DNA of 64,000 nt from Basidiobolus meristosporus CBS 931.73 (GCA_002104905.1 MCFE01000488.1:3641-67640), one strand, 5' to 3'. Positions 22,828 to 37,898 are shown, numbered from the stretch's first letter. Numbers and translations: made by a program. The notes: generated from the sequence alone by a model not told the origin.

Positions 22828-24318
22828 ATGAGAGTGGATCCAAGAAAGCAAACTCAGCCACTTCCCTCAGATTGTGTATATAAAATAGTACGACGGGTCC
22901 ATGATGACATGGGCACCTTGTTCAGTATGAGCTTAGCGAATCGAGCTTGGCGGGACATAGCCGTCAGATATCTTTACCAAGATCCCTGGAGTTACTTCCC
23001 TCAAGAGAATTGGAGTCAATCTGGCCAGGTTAAACGGATTGCGGGGCTCTTGGATACATTGTTTCACCCAGTGGACATCCAGAAGTTCCTCAGAAACGCA
23101 CCCGACTTGGGTTTTCGCACAGAGGCCCCACCTTTCTTTCTAGATAAGAAATACTTAAAGAGCCTAGCAGTCCTAGATTTTTACTGGCTAAAAAGAGCAC
23201 TTCGTTTGTTGTCCACCAAAAAATTTGGCCAACCGCAGGACGACTTCAATGTGGCGGGGTTTCGGAACTTGGCTAAAGATTTGATTTCCTTTGTTGTTGA
23301 ACATAGGCCTCTGCAGTTGAAGAAGCTGACCCTGCTGGATTGCCGTACGATCGAGTCGCTCGATACCTCCAGCATCCGCTTGGCCTCTCTTCAATGCCTT
23401 GATGTACGGCAGCGTGTATTTGGAGAATGCGCAGTAGAACGGATCTGTGTACTCTGTCCAAATCTGGTCCAACTGAACATCACCGCGCTATTGGTGGACG
23501 AGGGGGCGGTGATTGCATTGATTAGAGGCATGAAGAGAAATACATTAAACAAATTCTCCATAAATGGCCTGCTGAAGTCGGTCTCTCTGCTCATCCATAC
23601 TTTGGCCCAGCAGCATCCAGACAGCCTCGAGCATTTTGGACTTGATATAAACCCAGGAAATGCTCAAGAGGACGTGGTCGACCCATTCAACTCCGGCATC
23701 TACGAGTTGCATAAATTCGTCAATCTTCAATCCTTGACCCTCAGGGGGATGTACATAGATACCGGGATGGTGCAAAATTTGGCCCATCGTTGCACCCAGC
23801 TCTCTAGGATCCAGCTGTCTGGCCCTTACGTGGCCACGGGTGCAGTGGAAACCTTGGTCATCAACACAGGGAGACGTTTGTCGGAGTTGGTGGTCAACAT
23901 AGAGGAGCGATGTCTCGGACGAGTATTGCGGCTGCTGAAGCAGCACTGCCCTATGATCGAGAAGCTAGACATCCGAGGTATGGAGTTCGACTGCGATCAG
24001 CTTTCGCAGCTAGTAGTGTCGTGTCCGAACCTTGTGCATGTTGCGTTGGGATATCCTTCATATGCCTCCACAAAGGCCTACAATGACATGGCGCTGTCGA
24101 TCGTAAGTAACTGTGTGAAGCTAAGATACCTGGATTTCAATCGAGTCCACGTCGGCCCCCAAGTCGTTCCGAGTCTACTAAACCACTCTACCCTTCAAAA
24201 AATCGCCCTGCCTATACCCTTGCTACGCTCGCCGAGCTTCTTCAACCAGATTGTTGAGTTCAAATCCGTTGTATTAGCCGATCAGGGAATCTTTGAGTTA
24301 TACATAAAATCCATATGA
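22828..24318 (+). CDS. F-box/RNI-like leucine-rich repeat protein (~496 aa from first ATG, intronless)
   Basis: F-box-like LPSDCVYKIV...TLFSMSLANRAWRDIAVRYLYQDPW followed by repeated LxxLxL/CPNL units. The listed ORF starts at TTG 22684; the first ATG is 22828. Confidence 0.85.
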   Translation: MRVDPRKQTQPLPSDCVYKIVRRVHDDMGTLFSMSLANRAWRDIAVRYLYQDPWSYFPQENWSQSGQVKRIAGLLDTLFHPVDIQKFLRNAPDLGFRTEAPPFFLDKKYLKSLAVLDFYWLKRALRLLSTKKFGQPQDDFNVAGFRNLAKDLISFVVEHRPLQLKKLTLLDCRTIESLDTSSIRLASLQCLDVRQRVFGECAVERICVLCPNLVQLNITALLVDEGAVIALIRGMKRNTLNKFSINGLLKSVSLLIHTLAQQHPDSLEHFGLDINPGNAQEDVVDPFNSGIYELHKFVNLQSLTLRGMYIDTGMVQNLAHRCTQLSRIQLSGPYVATGAVETLVINTGRRLSELVVNIEERCLGRVLRLLKQHCPMIEKLDIRGMEFDCDQLSQLVVSCPNLVHVALGYPSYASTKAYNDMALSIVSNCVKLRYLDFNRVHVGPQVVPSLLNHSTLQKIALPIPLLRSPSFFNQIVEFKSVVLADQGIFELYIKSI

Positions 24319-24753
24319 AATTCACCAGTCCATCTCTGGCAGGAATTCGGTTCGGCCCAGGCTGGCCCATACCCCAAGCCAAACCGGTTCAAAAAGAATA
24401 GCTGGCATGCGATTTACATGGTTTTATTGAAGAAACCCCAGGTGAAAGGAGAAAAGTAAAGGTGAACAAAGGCGAGGGAATGGGAATCGACGTAATAGTT
24501 GTGTTCGAGTACTACCGGGTGACAAAATACCAGAACTTCAGTGTGATATTAGCGTGAAGTGAGTTCTGCTTGGGATGTACAGCTAGGTGTTGGTGGTGGT
24601 GGAGAATGGCAAGAGCGAGAGTTGGATTAAAGGGGCTTGCGAGAGAGATATCGGATTCAACTCCGGCCATTACGAGAATTGAAAATGTGCTCATGTGTGG
24701 TAGTGAAGTATGTAAGACGTGGAGACAAAAGGTACATAAATGCTGGATGAACA

Positions 24754-26425
24754 TCACAAAATTCCACTATCCTTCAATGCATTTTGCAAGATGGTTTCTT
24801 TAACCGCAGCGAAGACCAATCTGGATTGCGAGGTTGATGTCAGTTACACGGCATCGGACTACATGGAATGGGTGCCGACTTACCTTATCTGTTGAGGGGT
24901 TCGAATCCAGGTGGATTGAAATGGTTAGTACGATTGCGTTGAAGAAATCAAGTAATTTGAACGCAAACCTTTGAAGTGTCAGTGGCTTGGGTCAGACTGG
25001 ACAATAGGAGAGGGCGGGTTAGTCGTCAATACTGTGCACTGCTACGCTGCTCTACTTACTGAGGATATATATTCAGCTTGGCTCGATTGGTCTGCGTGAA
25101 TCTCCAAAGGATGTACTTCGCTGCCTTGTTGATATCCGGACCACCTAGTTAACCCGAGTGAGTGAGAATGTGGAAGGTAGAAAGCGGTAGGTCAGCTCGC
25201 AAGCACCTGTATATTCCGGAAAGTAATTTTCAAGCGGGACACGTGGCAGCTTCTCTCGAAACAGGTCAATCTTATTTAAAAACAATATAATAGAAGTACG
25301 TAGGAACCATCGACTGTTGACGACCGACTCGAACAGAATGAGACTCTCGGTCATGCGGTTCTAGCAATTTAGCGTGTCTCGGTTAATAGCCCCTTGCAAG
25401 CCCATCATCACGCCGTATACATACCTGTCCGGATTCCTCGAGTAATACTTGATCATACTCGCTTAATGCAACACAAAAGATTATGGATGTAACCGCCTCA
25501 AAGCAGTGGATCCATTTCTTTCTTTCTGACCTCTGGCCGCCTACATCAAACATACTGAGACCAGATCAGTTAGAGTCGCCCTTCTAGTGATCTTGATAAG
25601 GCATACTAACTGGATGTTGAGCTGCCCCATGTTGAATCGAGTTTCGATGATGCCGGTGGTTTTTGTACGAGCTCGAAGAACGTCGGCCTCATTAGGGATG
25701 TACTCCGGTGAGCCGATTCTTCTAATATGAGAGAAGAAGCTGTGTCGAATAGATAATATGTCATTACAACGTCATGCGGGAGATCTGAACTGGTTTGCGG
25801 CTTACTATGGTGCCGAATCCATTAGATAGAATTCATTCTGCCTGTTCATCAATGACAGGATTATCGGGTCCTTCCATAGAGACTCCACTCCGTCGACCAG
25901 CTCGGGGCTGAGCTTCGTGATAAATGTGCCTTCAGCTTTGATGCTGAGCATCTTTTCGGCAAATTCCTGCAGCGTGACCGTTCCCAATGAATAAATCAAT
26001 CACTTGATGGGTCAACTTCAAGCGGAGTGTACCTTGTTTTTCGCCTCGGTGGGCTCCAAGCCGAGCTTCGTCATACCAGCCACCAGGTTGTGCGCTGAAT
26101 CAATCACGTTCTTGAAAATTGTCACTCTGAATAGAGATAGCTCCTCCGTCGTATAACCGTTCTGGTGGATGATTTTCATTTGCTTCACAATGGTAGATTT
26201 GCCTGATTCTCCACTCCCTAGAAAATAAACACGGGGTCAGTTTCGATTCGAGGAAGCTGGAGTCTCCTGCCGCGGCTGGGCGGGTTTCTGGAGCGGGGGA
26301 TTTGTACCTAATAAAAGAATCTTGCATTCCTTGTTGAAACGGCGACTATCCTCCTCTAGTCCTCGATCGATCGCCATGCTTCTCTGACGAGCCTCACGGT
26401 CCTCTTGGGATAAACACATACCCAT
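24754..26425 (-). CDS. Heterotrimeric G-protein alpha subunit, fungal group III (cAMP pathway type); 9 exons including a 5-nt microexon
   Basis: MGMCLS (myristoyl/palmitoyl site), G1 [32 protein letters not shown], and C-terminal [21 protein letters not shown]. Confidence 0.95.
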
Positions 26426-28131
26426 CTTATAGATCAATTACAAAATCAAGCGAATGGAGAATTACGAGAGTGTGTGTTGTGTTTCGGCGATGGGTGTGTA
26501 CTATGTATGTCAAAAGGTATTGGAGTGTTGTGGCGTTCCAATAGCTGTCGGAAGGAAACCTGATGGTGATAACGCGTAAAACACTACGCTAAACTAAGAC
26601 CAAACCACTATCCACTGCTTAAAGGGCTAGCTCTTATGCAGAACACGTAGGATTGACAAAAATGGAGTAGATCAACTGACACCCAAGGAAGTATCAAAAA
26701 TAAGTTATAGCACTGACGAATAGGAAATCCTTTGTTCACAAGCACAGGCGTTAGTTCAAACCTATGGTGGGACGTAAGGGCCGCTCGTACCTTTCTCGCT
26801 ATGCTAAATAACCGAATCTTAGTTCTAGCCTGGACGAATCGCTTCGTGAATAAGGCTGGCAGGGTAGGTTGAACGTGGAGATATGAAATGAAGGGGAAAC
26901 CACGCCAGGAAAAACGAGGTCGAAGTGGAAGTAAGGTGCGAAATAGAAAGTTGGTTTGACGGATTACAGAAAGATGAATACCGATTGGAACGCTAGTGAT
27001 GATATTAATCAAACCCTGCATCTCGGAGCGAGAATCAAAAAAGTGCGACGAAAAATTATGTAAGTGCTTAACAACTCCTGATTAGCGCGATTGTAAAATT
27101 TCTTCTCAATGTCACTATTAAGTAATGCTCGATTGTTGATAATTAAGCATAAAAATGCAGCTGTGTGACTTAATCTGCCTGTTAAAAAATCGAAACTGTA
27201 CACCATGGAGAATTATCAAACTTAAAACATTATTGATTTGAGCGAATTGATGAGCAGCCTCGAGTAGCGTGCGTGGTGGGCCAATGGGGGCGCGCGGCAT
27301 GACTCTGAGCCAATCCGAAGCAAGTCTAGCATTCCTGAAGCTGAACCCCAATAACTCGGCTACATTTGTAGAGGTTCTTGCACACCTCACTCAATGGAAG
27401 CACTGGAATGAATCCCGATTGACCAAAGTGGAATCCAATGCGACTGCTCCCCCAGCAACAACCCACTCTCCCGACCTGCATGCCGGATTGCACGAGCGAA
27501 GGGCCCTCAAGTGCGGGCCGGCGCATTGCAAACTGCTCTAGACGTATGGCTCGTTTCTTAACTGGCAGGCGGGTGTGAGATACGACCTAGGCCTCAAATC
27601 AAGAGCCCAGGGATGGGCGGTAGCCGCATCGAATCGGGGCTCTAGCCCGCAAACGCGTAGTCAGAATCTGCGATGCTGTTGACCATATTTCGATTTGGTG
27701 GGACGACCCCAAGAGCTGTTTCTGAAAAAGAGACCATGAGCCATTCTCCAAGATCAATGGTGTTTCTTCAGCGTGGAGATCAAATATTATCGAATCGCCA
27801 GTGAATCGCAATGCAGAATTACATTTGACAAACGGGTTAATGGCTGTTTGGGCTGATTTGCTCGAGCTCACCTGCTTAATCGGTTAATTATTCATATCAA
27901 ATCTAGGAAACCACTCTATAGATTCCTGACAATTTTGGCTATTGTCAACCATCATGCACCTACTCTAAATTTAATTGAGGGTTGTCCAGCTATTCATATA
28001 TCGCATTTTATCCTTCGATACGATCTAATCGCCTCGATTCTTACTGCCTTCACACTCAAATACTCCTTGTTACCGTTGCCTGGGCACCTGACATAGAAAC
28101 ACACAAAGCGTCCTCGGAGGTCTTCTTTGAT

Positions 28132-29487
<1,356 letters not shown>

Positions 29488-30669
29488 GTCTCTGTAGGCC
29501 AATATACACTCACGTTTCCTGAAGCATCTCAATGGAATAGACGTGTATACATCGTCTGTATCAGTCGTCTTGACTTTAGTAACACTTTTGTTAGCCATTA
29601 GTAATGGAGCACATTAGCCATATATCCACACCATCGATACCTCTGTAATATCCAGTTTTAGCATTTTATCATCTAACTTCTATGTCCTATTAATAGATCC
29701 CCTTATTTTCCCCGTTGATTTGTCAGACCTTGAGCCCTTCTATTTAGACCTCACTCCAGCCTGGCCACTGGAGCTCCATTACACATTAATTAAACACCAA
29801 TCTATTCGATGGCATTGACCAAATGAGGCAAACAAACTGAGCGCTCACGGGCCATAATAAATACCAATGTAAGTTACCACAGAAATATCACTAAAGGAGC
29901 AAATCCCCTGGACTAATATGGTGGCGTCCCGGATGCCGTTATATAAATGGCAGTCTATATGAAGGACAAGGATGCAAGCAGTTTAATCTACGGGATAGAG
30001 GGAGCGCCGCTCAAGGGAGGGGGTTGGTGATGTATGGGATCCACTCCTCCCATGCAAACAAGGCAAACCTATTTTTATATCGCTATTTCCCGTGGGCTCT
30101 GCAGAGTATATGCTCAATGGATATCCCTAGCCCCAGTAGATCAAAAACGCTGACTGACAACCCACCGTTCGGATAATTACATCCCTAATGCGCTTATCAT
30201 GTATTCGACTGAACAGATACAAGCGAGGAGATGTGCAGCAGCCTTATTCGGTGATTGCGGGTCATGCTTTATGATTAGATAAATGATTTTGAAACCAAAT
30301 TCCATATTGCTTGGCCGTTCATCATTTTCAAAGGCTCAATTGGCCAAAATATACTTGATGAGCGATTGTAGCATCTAGCCAGAACTGCCGTGGTTTCCAA
30401 GTGGCAGTATTCGGTAATTTAAAACCAATGATGATCCGCTGGCTCTCAGTTGGCATTATGTTGGCCATTTGGAAATCAAACAAATCATTTAGGACTTAAA
30501 TTCACTGCCTACAAGGGGAAGCTACAGCTTATTTGGTTGTAGGGGGTTTCTCACATCATCTCCAGGGAAATCTTACATTTGACCGGCTGCATAGAAGGGA
30601 TATTCCTAGTTTATACCTACCGATATCCTATCTCAATAATTTGCTGACGAGCCTTTCTATTTGGTTGTC

Positions 30670-33600
30670 ATGAGGTCCCCTCGTTGTTTGCTGACGACTT
30701 TGCTTCATAATGCAAAGCGAGTTCTCTCTCAGACATGCCACTTTTGGCTGGAGAGAGCCTCCAACGAGAGTCCAGACGCTCCTAGGATGGTTTTTTCCAA
30801 CAACCTCATAGCGAACTCGAACTTTATACATAACAAGATCACAAATACAAAGTACACAGTTCTTAGTTTTCTTCCGAAGAATTTATTAGAGCAGTTTAGG
30901 TACGTCGAAGACACTTGCTTCTCTTTTGGCCCACCAGATGCGAGCTACTAACGCTTGATACATACGTAGTCGTTTCATGAACCTCTACTTCTTACTGATT
31001 GCTTGTCTCCAGTTGAACCCCTCCTTGGTCTGGTTGGTTTTGAAGACGGTCAAAACGAGGCACTTTACTAACTGTTGCGTGGTTCAAAACAGACACCGGT
31101 AAACCCCCTAACCACCTGGACTCCGTTAATTATGATCTTCTCGATATCTGCGCTGAAAGAAGGAGTGGATGATTATCAAAGATTCAAGTCGGACCAGGAG
31201 TTCAACGAGCGCCTATATACAGTGTATAGAACCGGACAAGGGTCAAAGATCAAATGCCAAGACATCAGGGTCGGGGACATCGTTCGGGTACTCTAACTTA
31301 AACGTGTGTCTGGATGCTCACAGCAAGGTTTTCCCTCACACCATTCAATCCTTGCCTTTAGGTGGAGCAGGGCATAGAGATTCCCTGTGACATGGTTTTG
31401 CTACGTTCATCTGATCTTGATGGCACATGCTACATCCAAACTGCAAACTTAGACGGGGAGACGGATCTCAAAACCCGAACTGCCCCTGGATTAACTGCTG
31501 GGCTTTCCGATACAGAGGTTATAGCATTCGACGGCGTTGGTAAATATCGATGTTGGTGAACAAATCAGAGACAAATGATGTGATACTATTGGAACTATTC
31601 TGTAGTTCATTGTCCACAGCCGAATGGTCAAATCTACAAGTTCGATGCGAAGCTTGAGTCGTCGCCTGACTCGGGTGAGTTCTCGGCGTTATCGTCCAAG
31701 CAGTTGCTCCTTCAGGGGACGTTTCTTAGAAATACGGATTTTGCTTATGGGCTGGCGGTTTACACCGGGAACGAGACCAAGATAGGAATGAACAAAAGAG
31801 AGCCTCCCATCAAGCTAACCAAGATCGATCGGCAGATCGAAAGGGCCAGCATGATCATCTTTATTATTCAACTATCGTTGGTATTCTTAAATGGGATTGT
31901 CGGAGATGTGGTGCAAGAGAGCACCATGAAGAGCCGGCATACTTATCTGGTCGCGGAATCTCTCTCTCAATGGTACCACTACCTTGTTATCCCTCTGAGA
32001 ATGCTTCTACTTATGTCGTTAATGATCCCTATATCTCTCAAAGTCACACTGGTTAGTATTCCTGAACAGAGAGCTGCGTGCCGTTGTGACTAACCTGTTT
32101 GGATCCACTCGACAGGATATTTGTAGATACATGTACGCAATGTTTATCAACTGGGTACGTACCTTCTTTCTACTCGTTTGGACGTGTAGGTTTTAACAGA
32201 GGAAATACCTTAGGATCTGAAGATGTATAGCGGCAGTGATGGAGGCGCATTTGCGGCCAACACTGGCATATCGGAAGACCTAGGCCAGGTCGACTACATC
32301 TTCACGGACAAAACAGGTTAGAGGCCATCTGAATTGTTTGCCCGGATCGCCACTGACGACTTTGCAATCATCTGATGATCAGGAACCCTCACCGAAAACG
32401 TCATGGTATTGAAGAAGTGCTCTATCAGTGGGGTGATTTTTGGCCACACCGACGACTGCGATGATCTCCGTTCGGACGACATTCTTCTGAATCTCTTGCA
32501 TAACGGTGGCGCAACCACTGCCGACAATAGGCAAACACATAAGAGCGAAGAAGTGGTGGACTTTTTCCGCTGTTTGGCGCTCTGCAATACAATCGTTCCC
32601 TCTGATGAGCGTGCCAATGGTTACCCCATCTATAGAGGCTCCTCCCCAGATGAGGAGGCCTTGGTCAAGGGGGCCGCGGAGGTTGGCATTGTATTTTCTG
32701 GTAAAAGCAATGATATAGTTCAGATCGACCTGAATGGCTTCCGAGAAACATTCCAGGTGTTGCATACATTGGAGTTCTCGTCAGACAGGAAGCGGATGTC
32801 TGTCATCGTACAGGAGTATAATGGAAACCCTGACGAGGGCCAGAAGCCGCTGAAGATAAGGCTGATATCCAAGGGTGCAGACGATTCAATGCTGCATCAT
32901 TGTGCTGGCCAAGAGGAGATGCTCCAGGCAACTACACGTCATCTCAACGAGTTTGCTCATTTGGGACTCCGCACCCTTGTTGTTGCTTATAAGGAATTGA
33001 CTGTGGATGAATACAGGGCCTGGGCCGAGGAGTTTCATCAGGCCAACACCTCCTTGGAAGAGCGGGAAGGCAGGTTGGAGCGATGCTTCAATTCCATCGA
33101 GAATGATTTCACGCTTTTGGGCTGTACTGCTATTGAAGACAAGCTGCAGGACGGGGTGCCAGAGACCATCGCTCTCTTCAGGGACGCGGGGATCAAGCTA
33201 TGGATGCTTACAGGTCAGTTGTAGAATGACATTGTGTCTATCAGGCAGCCTCAAACCTGGATTCAATTTGTAGGGGACAAGTTGACGACAGCAATTCAAG
33301 TAAGTCGATACACATTTTCTTCCGAACATTTTCCATGCACCTCGGACTAACTTATCCCTGGCACATCCAGATCGCCACGAGGTACGGAGACTTTGCATGG
33401 TGTGTCTGTGCATAGGGTTTGACTAACCGCCTATATAGCTGTAATCTCATATCCTGTGCAGGCCGCGAAGCATTGATTCGTTTGGAAGGAAAGCACAAAT
33501 CAACCCAAGAGTTGCACAGAGATATCGATCAGGCATTGCGCCATCACTCTGATGCGGGTCCTCAGCAAGGGCTATCATCCCATATCGATGCTACTCATGA

Positions 33601-35047
33601 TTCAACGCTCTCAGTTGTTATTGATGGTAGCGCACTTGCTACCATCATGGAAGATAGGAACTGCAACGAACGATTCATGAAGCTGTGCATGCTCGCGCAC
33701 ACAGTGGTCTGCTGTCGAGTTACGCCCAATCAGAAAAGTCAGATTGTCACTTCAATCAAGGACAAAGGGTTTGTATCGTTGTCGGTAGGGGATGGGGGAA
33801 ACGATGTTTTAATGATCCAGCAGGTAACGGGCCGATTCGTTTGCTGGCAACCACATTCCGCTAATCTTGCTTGATCAGGCCAACGTAGGGGTCGGGATTA
33901 GAGGAAGGGAGGGGCTTCAGGCCGCTCGTGCGGCGGACTACAGCATCACAAGATTCTCCCATCTACAGAGGCTGGTTTTAGGTAACTCCCGAGCTGTCGC
34001 GTAGATGCGTGTGCGGTATACTAAATGTGTTGTTCAAGTCCATGGAAGATATTCGCTTCACCGGACATCTATGGTGGCGCTCTACTGTTTCTATAAAAGG
34101 TACGTGGGCTCATGAGCGTGCTCAACGAAGTCAATACTGATGGGGCTTTCGAAATGGCAGCATATATGTGTGCATGATCCAGGTACGGCTAGCGAATGCC
34201 AGGTGCTATGAACGCATCGCTCATGAACATATTGCTTTAGATTTTCTATCAGGTCCTCTGTGGATTCTCCGGGACCTCTTTGCTGAACACATTTAGTCTG
34301 ACCACCTACAATACGTTGTTCACAGAGCTGCCCATTCTGTTGTATATTTTGGACAAAGATATCGAGGAGTCGGTCGTATTTGAATACCCACCCGTTTACC
34401 AATCAAATTTCGGTCGCTCCAAGAGCTCTCTTCTGAACAACTTCTTTCCGTGGATCGCAAAGGCCATCTTCCAGGCCGCCGTCACAACTCTATACTGCGT
34501 TTTTGCTTTTTGGGACTGGGAGTCGTCCAACGGCCTTGGAAATAGCGGTCGAGAGACTATGTCGGCGATTGTGTTCACGATCGTCATGCTGGTAAAGTTC
34601 GATTTACCCCAGTTTGCTTCTAAGGCCGCATATGATTCAACTTGCTACATATAGGTTGTGCAACTCACCCTAGCGTTGGAGACCAACTACTTCACTACGT
34701 TGAACCACCTTGCTGTCTGGGGGACCATCGGCTTTTACTTCGCTATTTCTTATGTCATTTCAATGGTGCCCGCTCTTGGCATGTACCACGTGATCCACAA
34801 GGTGTATGGGGAATGGGTCTTTTGGCTCGCCATCACCACGGCTACGGTGGCATGCCTGCTTCCACTCTATGTTCACAAATATCTTCAGACACAGTACTTC
34901 CCCAAAGTCAACGAATCGTTAAGAGAGCAGTCGTTGGTCACTACAAGCCACAGCTCCGAATTATGGTTTCCGCTCTCAAAATTGTATTCGTTCTTCAAAC
35001 CAAACCATACTCAAACCCCAACCCGGATCTACCAAACACTTCCTTAA
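30670..35047 (+). CDS. P4-type phospholipid flippase of the plant ALA2-like subgroup; many introns; start codon uncertain
   Basis: KYTVLSFLPKNLLEQF|SRFMNLYFLLIACLQL, TPVNPLTTW, LDGETDLK, IPISLKV, DKT|GT phosphorylation site, KGAD, GDGGNDV, GREGLQAARAAD. Every intron can be placed in frame. Confidence 0.93.
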
Positions 35048-35353
35048 TACATCCCCTCGTCGACCGCCAACGTGGGCAGTTGATATCCCCCCTCATCTTC
35101 GCGTTCCTAGTGGATCCTGGTAATCCAGTCCTTCGAATGGTAGGCTAATCGAAACGGGCATGCTTTAGTGGATTATATTCTCGAAAAACGATTGTTCCTT
35201 GCTTTGAATATATGAAAATAAATATGACAACTGACGGAGCACGGTTGCAGTAAACAAGCGCGAGCAATGGAGTCATATGGATTTGGCTGGGTACGAAAGC
35301 TAGATCATTCGTGAACAAAATCTATGGAGCTGAGCTCACAAGGTACGTTGTAC

Positions 35354-37898
35354 TCAGGGAGACCCTTGCAACGTTTCAATTCTCGCCAAAAGAGCGGAGG
35401 CATTGGAGCTCATCTCGGTCGGATAATTTCCGCCCACATTCTGAATGACATTGTTCAAGGCCTCAAAAAACGGAAGGATTTCCACCTCACTAGCGGTGGG
35501 GGTATCTTCCTCAGGAGATTCCTCTTTAGTGGTGGTGTCCTGAGCGACGAACTCCAGTACGACTTTCCCTATGGTTAACGAGGAGTTAGCACCGCCGTAT
35601 CGTGTGAATACCGTTTCGCATTGTACCATCTTGTTCCGCATTCAGAGTCAACAGCGTTAACGCAACAATTCCTTCATTCTGCAGAAGTGGGAACTTGGGC
35701 TTTTTGATCATATTGCCGATCAACGTGACAACCCGCAAGGTTGTTAGGTGGTTACGCAAGGTGGCTATGCAGATTTGAAGGTCAGTAAACCAGACATGCC
35801 GACATTCTCTTCCCAAGGATATTACCCAAATCCGACTCCCGGCTTGAATGATCGGTCCCCCAACCTAACCGAATGAGGTTGATCAGTATGCGTGTTCCCT
35901 CACTACAGATCCCCGGGTTATCCGTTTTCTCGACCACATCGATGATTTGTTCCAGGAGAGTGGCTTGTCCCGTATACGATTGGATTATATCAAGTCCGTT
36001 GTCAACTGCATCGTTCAGTTAGTGTCCAGTGGGTGGCAATGCAATCAGATTGACGTGGAGCTTACGATTTCCAGCACAGAGGTGCTTGATGGCTACAATG
36101 GTGGAGAATTGGATAGGCTTTGAGTCAGATTCCACAAAGGAACTGATCACTCGAATCGCACCCAGTGATCCAATGGTTGCCTTGTTTGAACCTATAGTTG
36201 ATTTTTGCATCGGATGAATACATATGGCTCGTCGTGCTCTCGGCCAGTACCAACACTTACTTGGAAGGCAAAGGTTCTTGATAATTCCAATCAGGGCGTG
36301 CTGGACCTTGACATCAATGTCAGACTTCAGCAGCTCCAGGAGCACGGGAGTAATCTTGTACTCTTGTACCAATTGGGTACAGTGGGCGTCTACAATGGAG
36401 CAACGCTTAATAGCAGAGCCTAGAGGGTCAATGTCGAGCGTCTACAAACCGGTTCTAGCCAGGTTGGCAAGGCATAATCCACCGCACATTTGTAGCTGAG
36501 GATTACTGCTGCTCAGCCAGTTTATGAACTTCATGATGTAACGCTTCTCAAAGAGTATTTCGAGGTTCACGTCTATTAAAGTGCTAGTTAGATAGGATAT
36601 GAGCTGGCGGTGAACTGGATGGATACTCACCGCTCATGCCTACTTCGATCACTATGTTTGTTACGGCTGACTGAATCTCCTTGAGGGTGTCTTGGTCATC
36701 AGCGCTAACATCCATGGGCTCAATCTCCAGCAAAGATAACAATGGTTCGAACAACGATTCCTGAACTACGGTGTTTTGCAGAGGTTCTACATGAAAGGAA
36801 ATGGTGAGTTGACATGAAATGTGTGCTATTCAATATTCGATTCTCTACCATTGTCCACTATTACTGCAGCCAATATCTCGACCGTCGGCTCCATTACTTC
36901 GAAGAATCTGTCATCCGTGCGCACGGAAAGATACTTGAGAAGGCGAAGCAATGCTAATCCGCCCTGGTTCTCCTCGAATGCTTTCACGCCCTCGTCTATG
37001 GAAAAGTTAACTATGTGTCCCTCTCAAGCTCCTCAATCACAAAGTTGAGCTAACCTTCCTCAAGTAGATTAGATAGTACTTTCACTCCTATCATTACAGT
37101 CATCGAGTTACCCATCTCCAACAATCCGGGATGGAACAAGGAGAGGATATCCTTCAGGCCATTCTGCGCGATGATTTCCTTTATAACAGGAGCTACAGGA
37201 CAAGAAATAAACAAAAATACACTGAAGAATGTGGCAGGTCATTGCTAACCATAGCGCATGCTGATGTTAAGTAAAGCCCCGACGCATGTCATAGCAATCG
37301 GCTGATTCTTGTCATTAGCATTGAAACAGTCCAGGATCGCGGTAATTCCCTTGCTTTCTAGGGTTCGCTGACGATTATCATCTGCAAACATAGCAATGTT
37401 AGCCCATGAAGGTTTCCACCCGATTATTGTTGGCTAGATGATGAGTGTAGAGTGGGCTTACCGTGATCAATACATATGTTTGCCAATGCTCGTAAGCACT
37501 GTATCCGAACTTCGTTGTTCTCCTTGGCGCTATTTAGCCAGTGGATAGAGATCTCGATAGCTCCTGCCTCGCTTAGTAGTGATCTACAGGGTACTGTTGT
37601 CGAAAGAGTATATATATTAGATGAGCATTCAAGGAAAGGAATTGAGGGCCTACCTTGCTTGGCCCAATCTGCAAAAAGCTCTTCAGTCGCCTTGACATAT
37701 TTCCAATGAATCTTTGAGGGATCCTTTTCTTTCCATTCTTGCAAATCTTTAACGAGCAGCGAAGCCAATTCCTTACAGGAATCGGAGCTCTGAGGATCTG
37801 TGTCCGAATATGGTGGCGTGAGACGAAGAAAAAGCCTCAGTGATGCTAAGCAACGTACCTGCTTGTTTCAAAAGTTCCTTCAAATTGCATGTAATCAT
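35354..37898 (-). CDS. RAP1GDS1: ARM-repeat SmgGDS/RAP1GDS1-like (Bem4/Arz1-like) small-GTPase chaperone/GEF; multi-exon
   Basis: Spliced start MITCNLKELLKQA|DPQ, then QCLRALANICIDH|DDNR, GALLNIS, GGLCLANLAR, VQHALIGIIKNL and LRNHL...LLQNEGIVALTL. Confidence 0.8.

Noticed and set aside
26608-27871. Several 65-137 aa ORFs between G-alpha and the kinase
   Set aside because: No motifs or coherent exon chain; consistent with a divergent promoter region.
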